Assembly (NCBI GenBank): GCA_963715195.1 | Contig: CAVQRT010000030.1 | Span: 192,001 to 256,000, forward strand | Direction of reading: 5' to 3' | DNA: 64,000 bases | DNA from: Thermodesulfovibrionales bacterium | Lineage (GTDB): Bacteria; Nitrospirota; Thermodesulfovibrionia; Thermodesulfovibrionales; SM23-35 | Shown here: in pieces, positions 50,485-60,180 of the stretch | How the letters are laid out: every line of letters begins with the position of its first letter | How positions within the stretch are numbered: position 1 is the stretch's first letter | Made by a program: the position numbers and the translations under genes | The notes under the pieces: model-generated | Told to the model about the DNA's origin: nothing | What the model saw: the letters and a program-made list of their open reading frames with translations, nothing else | Databases searched by the model: none

Positions 50485-50742
50485 TCATTCTTTCATATTC
50501 GTCCTTTCATATTCGTCATGAGTTCCTATCCACACCCAAATATAGTCGTCACCGTCTTCGACCGCGAGCGCTCTATAATTTAGACCAGCGCGGACAGACC
50601 AAAATTGACCTATTTTCTTAAAATAAAGAGATGGATGAGACGGATTAACTCATAATAACTCGAATTGCTTCTTTGCTATCTTTTGAACAGGAGCGGGCGG
50701 GTTTCCAAAGTATTTCCAGAAACGCTCTGTTGTGCGATGCAC
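50485..50742 (-). pseudogene. Inactivated RelE/ParE-superfamily toxin
   Basis: HRTTERFWKY...KQFELL*VNPSHPSLYFKKIG/QFWSVRAGLNYRALA...WVWIGTHDEYE. In-frame TGA at 50650-50652, a frameshift near 50608 and a 14-bp tandem duplication (50490-50517). Confidence 0.8.
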
Positions 50743-50943
50743 CTAAAGATCCCTGAGTTTATTGGTAGCTTTTGCCTTCTTTGCTTCCCTCAGTAAAAAA
50801 TCCAAGTTTCCCGAGGCTGAGTCTGATAAGATTTGTTTGTCCCATTGTTGCCAGTCTTTCTCTGAGAACCACTGCCTCAGCAAAATATAGTCTTCCTTGG
50901 GTAAGGTGTTTATGGCTTCTTTTATTTCTTCAACCTTCGACAT
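50743..50943 (-). CDS. Cognate antitoxin-like small protein (66 aa)
   Basis: MSKVEEIKEAINTLP...WDKQILSDSASGNLDFL; GGAGGAG RBS; abuts the toxin GTG. Confidence 0.75.
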   Translation of the reverse strand: MSKVEEIKEAINTLPKEDYILLRQWFSEKDWQQWDKQILSDSASGNLDFLLREAKKAKATNKLRDL

Positions 50944-51283
50944 TGTCGGCTCCTCCAAAAATAAAAAACTTATAATATTGTACATCATTTTATTAGGGAA
51001 TAAACCACTAGCTCCCTGGCGATATAGTCAGTTAAACGGGTAGCGATGTGTTCAGGCATAAATGCTACTTCCATCTCTCGCCCTGATTTTGGTTCAGTGG
51101 AAATGAATAGAAATGACACTTGTGAAGACAAAAAAAAGTGAACTGCTGGTCTTAAACTTTTCAGGGTGTGAAAGATACCTGCTAATGTTGAATTTGAGGC
51201 GATAATGAAATATGTCGATTTTAGAAAGAACATTGCAAATTAGTTTTTATAGGTTTTGCTTTTTTACAATGGTGGCTCAACAT

Positions 51284-52341
51284 TCACAATCCCTTGCAAT
51301 ATTGACTCGGGAAGTATTTCTTCTGGAAGTACAAGGCAACATTCACAAGCCCTATTAATACTGGCACTTCAACTAACGGACCAATAACCGCAGCGAATGC
51401 CTGACCAGAATCTATTCCAAATACAGACACAGCGACAGCGATGGCAAGTTCAAAGTTATTGCTTGCAGCCGTAAACGATAGAGTGGTTGTCTTCTCAAAC
51501 CTGCACCGAATCTTCTTCCCATGAAAAGAGCAAGACCATGATTATGAAATAGAGCAAGAGTGGTATCGCTATCCTGATAACATCAAATGGCAACTGTACA
51601 ATATACTCCCCTTTGAGAGAGAACATCACAACTATCGTGAATAACAAAGCTATCAATGTTATGGGACTGATTTTAGGGGTGAATGCTGTGTCGTACCAGT
51701 GCCGTCCCTTGATTTTTATGAGACTGAAACGAGTTATTATCCCTGCAATGAATGGGATGCCAAGATATATGAAGACACTCTTTGCGATCTGCCCCATAGT
51801 GATATTTACTACAGCCCCTTTCAGGCCTAACAAGGGCAGAAGCACTGATATGAATACATATGCATAAACAGAAAAGAAGAATACTTGAAAGAGTGAGTTG
51901 AATGCTACAAGACCTGCTGCATATTCCCTGTCTCCACATGCAGAGATCATTCCACACTATTACCATAGCTATGCAGCGTGCGAGTCCGATCAAAATCAAT
52001 CCTATCATGTATTCTGGATATCCCTGCAAGAACATAACAGCAAAAACAAACATCAAAACAGGGCCTACTATCCAGTTTTGAATCAGTGATAGACCAAGCA
52101 CTCTTTTGTTTCTGAAGACCTCCCCGAGTTCCTCATACTTAACTTTGGCAAGAGGAGGATACATCATGAGAATAAGACCTATGGCAATAGGTATATTTGT
52201 CGTACCAACCTGAAAGAGATTAATGAAGTCTTTCACCTGTGGGTAGAAATAGCCGATACCGACACCGAATGCCATGGCAATGAATATCCAGAGCGTGAGG
52301 AATCTATCGAGAAATGACAGGCGTTTTGTAAGTTCAGACAC
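51284..52341 (-). pseudogene. acr3: Acr3 arsenite efflux transporter, frameshifted
   Basis: [30 protein letters not shown], then frameshifts near 51945 and 51495-51530. The C-terminus [11 protein letters not shown]...GPLVEVPVL is in another frame. Confidence 0.88.
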
Positions 52342-52389
52342 AAATACCCCTTGGTATATTTTGTATCCTTTCGAAGTATAAACGAAAAA

Positions 52390-52827
52390 ACTCAGGAAAG
52401 TGTTCGAATAAATTCTTTCACTTTGGATCTTTATTTGATCTCGGACTTCCCGTGTTTTGAACAGCTTCTCTTGATGGGTACCTATAAACGACGAAGGATC
52501 TTCAAATGACCAGTGTAAGCGTTTGGCAATTCCAGGGAATACAGGACATGCTTGTGCAGTTGCATGATCACAAACAGTAATAACATAATGAAAAGTTCTT
52601 CCTGATGTTACAAAATCAAACACTCCCTTTGTCTGATTAGTTGAGATATCAAATCCCTCTTCTTTCATTACCTCAACCGCTAAAGGATTCAAGGTGCCAG
52701 GCGACAGCCCTGCACTCTCTACTTCAAATCGCTCTCCACCGCAATGTTTCAAAAATGCTTCGGCCATTTGGCTTCTTGCTGAGTTATGAACACAGACGAA
52801 CAACACTTTTATTTTTTCGGTAGCCAT
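52390..52827 (-). CDS. arsC: Thioredoxin-type (LMWPc) arsenate reductase, 3' end apparently frameshifted
   Basis: [19 protein letters not shown]...ACPVFPG, HWSFEDP. A natural-looking end ([10 protein letters not shown]) lies in a shifted frame. Confidence 0.85.
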
Positions 52828-53297
52828 GCAATGAATATATCAGATAAATGTTACAAGAATGTTAAAAGATTTCTCGTGTTTAAAAGGTTCATTAATGAAT
52901 ATTCCTGATTGAATTTAGTATTTCTAAGGATGCAATAGGCAGGATTTAGTTCAGGAAGGACTGTTGCCTTTGAAATCAATCATTGAAACTGAGTCATTGT
53001 AGATGAAGTGTGCAGTGTCTATGTTTGTGTGGAGCAGCGAAATATTAGACCAAAAACCTATCCTGAGGCACTGCGCCTAAATTGTGCCCATTTTGTATCC
53101 TCTCCATTTTCTTCTGCATTTCATTGTGCAAAGGTATGACCTTCTCAGATGCGCTCATCAAATCCGCATTGATGATGTTTTGGGTTAGGTGCGATATTGA
53201 GATGAAAATCAACAATTTTATATATAACGTCTCCTTTCTGTTCAACACTCACCACTGTTACGCTGAAATAATATTTATAGTTCGCACATTTATTTCT

Positions 53298-55274
53298 TCA
53301 GAGTTGAATTGATAGTCCAGCAAGGAAATTTCTTTTTGGTGATGGATAGAATGCTTTTTCAAGAGGGAATCCTCCAAGCACGCCATATTCTGAACACTCC
53401 TCATCCAGAATATTGTTTACAGACAGGAAAAGCTCCAGAGATTTCCATTGATACTGCACTTTACTGTTAAGAACAAAGTAGCTCTCTTGGTCGCTGTAAG
53501 TGTTTGAAAAATCGCTTATGAAGGGACGCTCCCCAACATATAACCCGTTCAGAGTGAGAGTGAGGCCGTTGCGAAAAGTAGAAACGGCATCAAAAGATAC
53601 GGTATGTTCGGGGACGTTTGGAACCGTGCTCCCGTCGAATGCTCCTCCGCGTATCTCTGCATTGATATATGTATATGCCCCCCTTAAGGTTAACCAGTCC
53701 ACTGGTTTTGCAGAACAGGCAATCTCAATGCCGTCACGACGAGTCTTTCCATCTAAATTTTCGTTTGTGTAAGTTATTGGATTAAAGAGTATTTCATCAT
53801 TTGTATCCATTCTAAAAAAGTTTACATGGACATATATTTCATCAGAGAAATAATGTCTAACCCCAATCTCGTAATCATCGGTTGATTGAGGCTTTAAATG
53901 GGTATTTACTGTATTGGTGAAGAAACTATAGAGTTCATCAAGCAGGGGATATCGAAAGCTCCTTGCAAAACTAAGGTAAATATAAGATTTCTCATAGAAA
54001 GCATAGTTTACACCGGCGGTGTAGAGATCTTTTCTCATATCTATTTCATCGGGAGTGCTCGGACTAAAAGTAAATTGTGCTTTATCATGTCGATATCCTC
54101 CTGATAGATAAAGTGTATCTGCAATATTTATATCGTCATGTAAATAATAACCATAATTTTCCTTCTGAAGATCAAATTTTCCTATGGAACCAACCCCGAA
54201 AAAAAGAGACTCATTCACAATATCATTATCGGCATTAGCGTAATCCATCCCAAGAGTAAACGTATTCTTAGCTTTCCCTAGAGAATTTTTCAGAAGCACT
54301 TGTGGCGACAATGTCACGGTTTCAATCTCGCTATCACCTTCAAAATATCCAAAATCACCAGTAGCGAAGGAGAAAAAATCCCTTTTTCTGTAAGCTATGT
54401 CGAATTTCAATACATCATCATCGAGAAAATAGAACATAGGGTCAACTTTGAAATAATAATCCTCAACATCTATATAATCATCAGGATGTTTAGAATCAGT
54501 CCTTGAAGCCCCCGCAGCAAAATCGCTCTCTTTCAATGCACCTGGAAGACCTGTGATGTCTTTATGATATCCACTGTTAAAATGTAATTTCAGGAAATCA
54601 CTTGCCTCATAATTTAAGTTTAATCCAACATCCTTCGCTTCTGTGTCACTGTTGTCCCTATATCCATCCGATGTTAAATAGTCACCTGATAAATTGTAGG
54701 ACAGGTTCTCATAACTACCACTCACATATCCATTGGCTTTGAAGGTGTCGTAACTTCCGTTAGCTAACTCGCCTCCAAATTTCAACGCATCTCCTTCTTT
54801 TGTAATGATGTTAATCACACTTCCGCTTGCATTGTCGCCATAAAGGACGGCTCCTCTTCCACCACGCATAATTTCAATCCTTTCAACACTTTCAAGAGGA
54901 ACGAGAGTCCAGTCAACGGCGCTTAGATCAGGTTCATTGACTCGTCTTCCGTCTATCAACAGAAGTGTATTTGAAGAAGCGGTTTCTCCAAAACCACGCA
55001 AGTCAACGTTGAATGACCGGCGGTTTCCCGTAATATCACTGACATGAATTGCAGCCTTCGTTGCAAGAAGTTCAGGGACATCCTTCGAGGATGAATTTTC
55101 AATATCATCTCTGGTGAGAATGGTAACGTTGGCCGGAACTGTTGATGCAATTTCCTCATACCGTGTTGCAGTCACAACGAGATCATCAAGTGTGACATGC
55201 AGTTCGGCTGCTGAAGTTGAAAGCCAAGAGAAAAAAAGAAGAAAGAACAACGATACAACAAGTAGATTTTTCAT
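53298..55274 (-). CDS. btuB: TonB-dependent receptor, probable cobalamin transporter
   Basis: Signal peptide, TonB box LVVTATR, plug (LLIDGR, ERIEIMRG..LYG), beta-barrel; cobalamin riboswitch directly upstream. Confidence 0.85.
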   Translation of the reverse strand: MKNLLVVSLFFLLFFSWLSTSAAELHVTLDDLVVTATRYEEIASTVPANVTILTRDDIENSSSKDVPELLATKAAIHVSDITGNRRSFNVDLRGFGETASSNTLLLIDGRRVNEPDLSAVDWTLVPLESVERIEIMRGGRGAVLYGDNASGSVINIITKEGDALKFGGELANGSYDTFKANGYVSGSYENLSYNLSGDYLTSDGYRDNSDTEAKDVGLNLNYEASDFLKLHFNSGYHKDITGLPGALKESDFAAGASRTDSKHPDDYIDVEDYYFKVDPMFYFLDDDVLKFDIAYRKRDFFSFATGDFGYFEGDSEIETVTLSPQVLLKNSLGKAKNTFTLGMDYANADNDIVNESLFFGVGSIGKFDLQKENYGYYLHDDINIADTLYLSGGYRHDKAQFTFSPSTPDEIDMRKDLYTAGVNYAFYEKSYIYLSFARSFRYPLLDELYSFFTNTVNTHLKPQSTDDYEIGVRHYFSDEIYVHVNFFRMDTNDEILFNPITYTNENLDGKTRRDGIEIACSAKPVDWLTLRGAYTYINAEIRGGAFDGSTVPNVPEHTVSFDAVSTFRNGLTLTLNGLYVGERPFISDFSNTYSDQESYFVLNSKVQYQWKSLELFLSVNNILDEECSEYGVLGGFPLEKAFYPSPKRNFLAGLSIQL

Positions 55275-55315
55275 GTTTCCTCCCTCGAGAAATTTAAAGA
55301 TTTGTTACTTTCAGG

Positions 55316-55471
55316 GTGGATAGGTCTTCCGGCTTAGGGCTTCCTACTTGCCTGCCTTCCCATCACGGTATCGCCCATGACAGTGGTTTATGTGTGGCTT
55401 TCGTTCCCTTCACGGCTGCGGGGCAGCGGGAGAATCACCTATGTAGTTCACTCCTCTTCCCTGACATCCAC
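55316..55471 (-). promoter_or_regulatory. Cobalamin riboswitch
   Basis: Minus strand: GTGGAT...AGGGAA...GTGAA...GCTGCCCCGCAGCCGTGA...CCACTG...GGGAAGG...AAGCCGGAAGACCT...ATCCAC (B12 box, P1 closure). Confidence 0.92.
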
Positions 55472-55852
55472 TCAATTGGAAATACAGAATTAATTCAGTT
55501 ACTATCACCTCCTCTGGCAAGATATGTTATCAAATTGCCTATCGAAAATCTACATAAAGCTAGGGCGGTCTATCAAGAATACATGCGAGGCTGAGTTCTC
55601 GGAGCATACATTCATAGGGTTTAGACAGGAAATCCGCAATATTTGAAATTTTCAGCGATGAACAGTTCTATGGTATGCCGTGCAAAACCGCAAAAGGTGT
55701 TACGGCTGAAGATATCCTCTGACCTGTCAAAGCCAAATACCTTGCTCAGTTCTGCAAAGATCTGATGAATGTCAGAATCCTTGAAAATATCCTGGTCAGT
55801 ATAGGTTTTTCTGAACCAGAAATATTATATATGTCCCAAATAAGCACTTTTT

Positions 55853-56422
55853 TCAAAACTCTAAAATGATCTCTGAAAGAGGACGTTTCGGAACATGATG
55901 GACGTCCTTTTCGTCCCGCCAGTACTTTATATCATCCTTTTGTACTTCCTCAATTAAAACAGTTTCTTTGCGCACTCCGAGGGCAATGACAAGCAGTATT
56001 TCATATCTTTCAGGAATCTTCAGAGAATCTCTCAATTTTTCTCTCTGCACTGAACCGACTATACATCCGCCAAGATCCCTTGCTGTGGCTCCAAGAAGAA
56101 TACTGTGAGCTGCTATTCCGTGATCACATCCAAAGTTCTTCGTAATTTCTGTATCGCCAAGAATGACTATATATGCTGATGGCCTCTCGCCTTCCTTAGG
56201 ACCAGGCCATTCTTTCAGATATCCAGCCCACGCAAGATGGGGATAGATAAGACTATTCTTGTCTGGAGTATTAGAAATTATGTATTTCAGAGGTTGGAGA
56301 TTTGCGGATGACGGTGAAAGTCTGGCGAGGTTTACTAAATCTTTCAGTATTTCAGTACTTATACTTCTATCCTGATAAAATCTTCTGCAACTTCTGTTTT
56401 TCCGAATAAGGTTTTCAATCAT
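55853..56422 (-). CDS. Nitroreductase family protein
   Basis: NRSCRRF, ARLSPSSANLQPL, WAGYL, DHGIAA, HVPKR. Confidence 0.92.
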   Translation of the reverse strand: MIENLIRKNRSCRRFYQDRSISTEILKDLVNLARLSPSSANLQPLKYIISNTPDKNSLIYPHLAWAGYLKEWPGPKEGERPSAYIVILGDTEITKNFGCDHGIAAHSILLGATARDLGGCIVGSVQREKLRDSLKIPERYEILLVIALGVRKETVLIEEVQKDDIKYWRDEKDVHHVPKRPLSEIILEF

Positions 56423-56570
56423 TGTGCGCCACCTCTTCCAATGCATCTTTCTTCAGTGATTTCTCTGCAAGCTTCCTCTTTTTAGACGGCATTATTTTCC
56501 CTTTTAAGGAGGTTAAAGGGATCCTCTCCCTGGATGCTTTTTTGAGTAATTTCACTGTTTCCTTCTTCAT
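56415..56570 (-). CDS. Small Lys/Arg-rich protein (51 aa), not in ORF track
   Basis: MKKETVKLLKKASRERIPLTSLKGKIMPSKKRKLAEKSLKKDALEEVAHND*; its stop overlaps the nitroreductase start. Confidence 0.5.
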   Translation of the reverse strand: MKKETVKLLKKASRERIPLTSLKGKIMPSKKRKLAEKSLKKDALEEVAHND

Positions 56571-57087
56571 TCTGTTCAATCTCTCTTGTGCTTTTTGTTT
56601 ATATTATATCTGAAATTTTATACTCAAAAGTGGCATTATGCCCTGTCATAAAATCGCAATAGAAATAGATCGTTTTTATCTGATAAAGAAGGACTGTATC
56701 AGATTGCTGAGCATTTCAATGACGTCATGAGAGTATTGAAAAAATACACCATAGGCAATTGCTTCATGTCATAGAAGAAGGTATTAAATATTTTTAGGGA
56801 GATAATCTATAATCGAAGCTTTTCAAATTATTAATTCAGAATAATTTCGGCTCAAAATAATCTCTAAATGGTTCGCACCGGTCCTTCCTTCCCGCAATGT
56901 TATCGAGAAGCCCATCTATAAATGAGATAGGCAATTGGACCGGAAGAGTGCATTTGGAAAAAGCCTTCTTAAAGCCTGTGTATTTCGATGAGTTTACCTG
57001 CTTATTGACCAGCCGCTTAATAATTTTCAGACAATCTTCCAAAAGACATCATGCGTTATAATATTTTCTGGCTCATATCATTTATAA

Positions 57088-57678
57088 ATGGAGACAAAAA
57101 GCTCTATGCCGAAAAGAGCAATCATAGACATCGACAACACCTTATGGCATTTTTGTGATGCACTTCATGATGAATTGAAGAAGCTTAACAAGAAATTCCC
57201 ACCCCCTGACAGTTGGACTCATTGGGATCTCTGGGAAGGGTACTGTTCGGAGGAGGACTTCTACAGTGCTGTCAATGCCATTCATTTAAATCAGAACAGT
57301 GATAGCTATCTGCCCTATCCAGAAGCAAGAGATTTTCTCTGCAACCTCAGAGAAAATGATTACCATATCACTATAGCGAGCCACAGGTCACCCGATCACA
57401 GAAAACAAACCGAAATGTGGCTCGATAAGCATGGTCTTGTCTATGACGAATTGCACCTCTCTTTTAATAAAACCCAGTTGTTTGATGAATTTACCGATGT
57501 TGTTGTTGATGATGCACCACGAGTATTGGAGAAAGCAGTGCAGAAAGGTGTGATAGCCATAGGGTTACTGTTCCCGTGGAATCGAGCTTATGCAAATAAC
57601 GGATTCACACTTCTCAACAGTCTGAACGACATTTTGAACTATATCCTAAAAGGAAGGTCGGATGATCCTCAAGAATAG
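57088..57678 (+). CDS. HAD-superfamily 5'(3')-nucleotidase-like (NT5C-like) protein
   Basis: IDIDNTL motif I, PYPEA, IASHR, WLDKH, VVDDAP, PWN. Confidence 0.75.
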   Translation: METKSSMPKRAIIDIDNTLWHFCDALHDELKKLNKKFPPPDSWTHWDLWEGYCSEEDFYSAVNAIHLNQNSDSYLPYPEARDFLCNLRENDYHITIASHRSPDHRKQTEMWLDKHGLVYDELHLSFNKTQLFDEFTDVVVDDAPRVLEKAVQKGVIAIGLLFPWNRAYANNGFTLLNSLNDILNYILKGRSDDPQE

Positions 57679-57733
57679 GGATTCAGCGCAGTCGGATACA
57701 GACACACTATCATCCTTCTAAGGAATAATTCCA

Positions 57734-59077
57734 ATGCAACCACTATCACAAGAAGAACAATACTCAGGGTTACCTGTTTTTACCCTTTCCGAATTAAACA
57801 CAAGTATCAAAGAAGCTTTAGGACTTGCCTTTCCTGAATCGGTATGGGTTGTTGCCGAAATATCTGAGATTAGATGCAATTCCAAAGGGCATTGTTATCT
57901 TGAACTCGTAGAAAGAGAGGAAGAAGAAACCATAGCCCAAATCAGAGCAAACATATGGGCATATACGTTTAGAGGCATCGCTTCCAAGTTTGAAAAAGCA
58001 ACCGGAGAAAGCCTGAAGCAGGGCATGAAGGTATTACTCCAGGTCAATGTGACGTTCCATGAAGTCTACGGTCTTAGCCTAAACGTAAGAGATATAGACC
58101 CCACTTATTCACTTGGGGAAATGGTAAGGAAAAAGAGAGAAATCATTGACCGGTTAACAAAAGAGGGCTTGCTGCAATTGAATAAACAGATCCCCTTACC
58201 CTTAGTGCCCCAAAAAATTGCTGTCATATCCTCAGTAACAGCAGCGGGGTATGGTGATTTTATAAATCACCTTGTTGATAACCCCTACGGCTACAAAATC
58301 TTTCATACGCTTTATCATTCCGCGATGCAGGGTCAGGAGGCCGAGTCATCCATCATTTCCGCTTTAAGGAAAATAAGGGGCCACAAAGATCTTTTTGATG
58401 CAGTAGTAATAGTAAGAGGCGGAGGTTCACAGATTGATTTGAGCTGTTTCGATACCTATGGGCTTGCTGTCGAAGTGGCACAATTCCCCCTGCCTGTTAT
58501 CACCGGAATAGGGCATGAAAGGGATGACACGGTAGCAGACTTAGTAGCCCACACAAAGCTTAAAACACCCACCGCGGTAGCCGAATTTCTGCTGTCAGGA
58601 ATGAGCAGCTTTGAAGAAAGGCTATCGAATGCGCAGAGGACATTAGCTCATCTGATAGACGAATCAATGAAGGAAGAAACCCACCGGTTTCAGTATCTTG
58701 TTCAACATTTCAGACATATTGTTCGAGACAGGTTCAGCGGTGAAATGAGCAGGATAGAGATAGTCTTGCACAAACTTATTCATGAAACAACGCAGTCAAT
58801 AAACAGCCACAATAGCAGTCTGAAACTCGATATGAGCAGGATTGTTGGCGGATTAAATAAACTTTTCCAGCAAAAGGAAAACAGGATAAAGCATTGTGGT
58901 CAGGCACTAAGGCTTCTCGATCCAGTAAATGTCCTGAAAAGGGGCTACAGCATTACATACTTTAAAGAAAAGGCTGTCAAGGATATTGCAACCTTGCAGG
59001 AAGGGGATATAATAAGAACCAGGGTTTACAAGGGGATGGTCAAAAGCAAAGTGGAGGCTTTACATGCGGAAGAATAA
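57734..59077 (+). CDS. xseA: Exodeoxyribonuclease VII large subunit
   Basis: OB fold WVVAEISE...GHCYLEL, RGGGS, TGIGHERD, KTPTAVA, LKRGYS. Confidence 0.95.
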   Translation: MQPLSQEEQYSGLPVFTLSELNTSIKEALGLAFPESVWVVAEISEIRCNSKGHCYLELVEREEEETIAQIRANIWAYTFRGIASKFEKATGESLKQGMKVLLQVNVTFHEVYGLSLNVRDIDPTYSLGEMVRKKREIIDRLTKEGLLQLNKQIPLPLVPQKIAVISSVTAAGYGDFINHLVDNPYGYKIFHTLYHSAMQGQEAESSIISALRKIRGHKDLFDAVVIVRGGGSQIDLSCFDTYGLAVEVAQFPLPVITGIGHERDDTVADLVAHTKLKTPTAVAEFLLSGMSSFEERLSNAQRTLAHLIDESMKEETHRFQYLVQHFRHIVRDRFSGEMSRIEIVLHKLIHETTQSINSHNSSLKLDMSRIVGGLNKLFQQKENRIKHCGQALRLLDPVNVLKRGYSITYFKEKAVKDIATLQEGDIIRTRVYKGMVKSKVEALHAEE

Positions 59078-59282
59078 ACTGACCTATACATCGGCGATTA
59101 CCGAGCTTGAAAAGATTGTGGAAGAAATTGAATCCGGTGAAATAGATGTTGATGTTCTTACGGAAAAGGCAAAGAGGGCATCGGAGTTGATAAAATTCTG
59201 TAAAGACAGGTTGCGAAATACGCAGAAAGAAGTCGAGAAAACCTTAATTGATATAGCCGACCCTAAGGCTGAAGAAGAGTAA
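59064..59282 (+). CDS. xseB: Exodeoxyribonuclease VII small subunit
   Basis: YTSAITELEKIVEEIESGEIDVD...LIKFCKDRL. Confidence 0.93.
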   Translation: MRKNKLTYTSAITELEKIVEEIESGEIDVDVLTEKAKRASELIKFCKDRLRNTQKEVEKTLIDIADPKAEEE

Positions 59283-59729
59283 TGTCCTGAGAGCAATAGC
59301 GAATCCTACGGCCATTATCTGCATGAAGCATCTCGGGGAACCGATGAAAGTCCTCTCGTAACCTATTGGGAGCCAAAATCTGTAAGCAGGGAAATAACGT
59401 TTCAGGAAGACACGAATAACTGGCAGATCATCGCAAAAACCATAGCCGAAGTTACCAGGGAAGTCGTTGACGATATCAAGGAGAAAGGGTACAAAAGCAA
59501 AACGGTCACCCTGAAGGTGCGATTCAGTGATTTCAAGACTTATACGAGGACAATTACACTTCAGGAGCCGACTGATTCACTCGAACATATAAGGAGATCA
59601 GTATTCCAGTGTCTTAAGAGGATTGAACTGAAAATGAAAGTCCGGCTCATCGGTGTGCGCCTGACACATATTGTTAAGAAGAAGATTAACGATAAAAAAT
59701 GCACTGTTAGATCAGGTCGATTTCTATGA
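59283..59729 (+). pseudogene. dinB: DinB (Pol IV) C-terminal remnant (little-finger domain)
   Basis: Open frame with no start: YGHYLHEASRGTDESPL...EPKSVSREITFQED...KTVTLKVRFSDFKTYTR...VRLIGVR. The catalytic domains are absent. Confidence 0.8.
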
Positions 59730-59870
59730 GAGCCCGAAATACCCTAAGAAATGTTGACCTTGATAAAGAATGGTTAAGAAAGCAGTTAATCCAACTCGCC
59801 CTTCCCTAAAACGCTCTTCCCCGACCCAAACGACTCTTGCAATATTTCCCCTAAAGAGTAAAATATAATT

Positions 59871-60046
59871 AAGAAAAGGAATTGCGATACTCAGGACGGG
59901 ATTAACCTGAGGATCAGACTCAGTAAGGGAGCAGGAGTTAGATGCAGGCGAGTAGCCCTCCCGCAACGAGGAGGAAACCCAAAGCATTTACCGAAGCACC
60001 CACCTGAAAGAAAGGGCTCAAGGTATCCCGCATCTGAGATCGCAAA
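59871..60046 (+). ncRNA. ssrS: 6S RNA
   Basis: Rod-like fold: TTGCGAT/ATCGCAA, CTCAG/CTGAG, CGGGAT/ATCCCG, ACCTGAG/CTCAAGGT, central bubble, GGGAGC/GCACCC with CACCCACCTG, TAGATGC/GCATTTA. Promoter TTGCAA-N16-TAAAAT at 59837-59864. Confidence 0.75.
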
Positions 60047-60180
60047 TTATTCTGGAGCCATTTAAGGGTATTTGGTCATCCTGGCAGGAAAAGCTGAAGT
60101 TGATATTGCCAGCGTAAAGAGGTTGTCCAATCAGCTTAAACCCTTAAAATGGCTCTATTTGTTTTATGGGGTAAACAGCT

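Noticed and set aside
51673..52827. Apparent ArsC-Acr3 fusion protein (384-aa ORF in the track)
   Set aside because: A natural arsC end ([10 protein letters not shown]) lies in a shifted frame, acr3 has its own RBS and GTG at 52341, and acr3 is multiply frameshifted. The fusion is most likely a frameshift by-product.
59724..59987. 87-aa minus-strand ORF
   Set aside because: It is antisense to the 6S RNA and its promoter and has no protein-like features.
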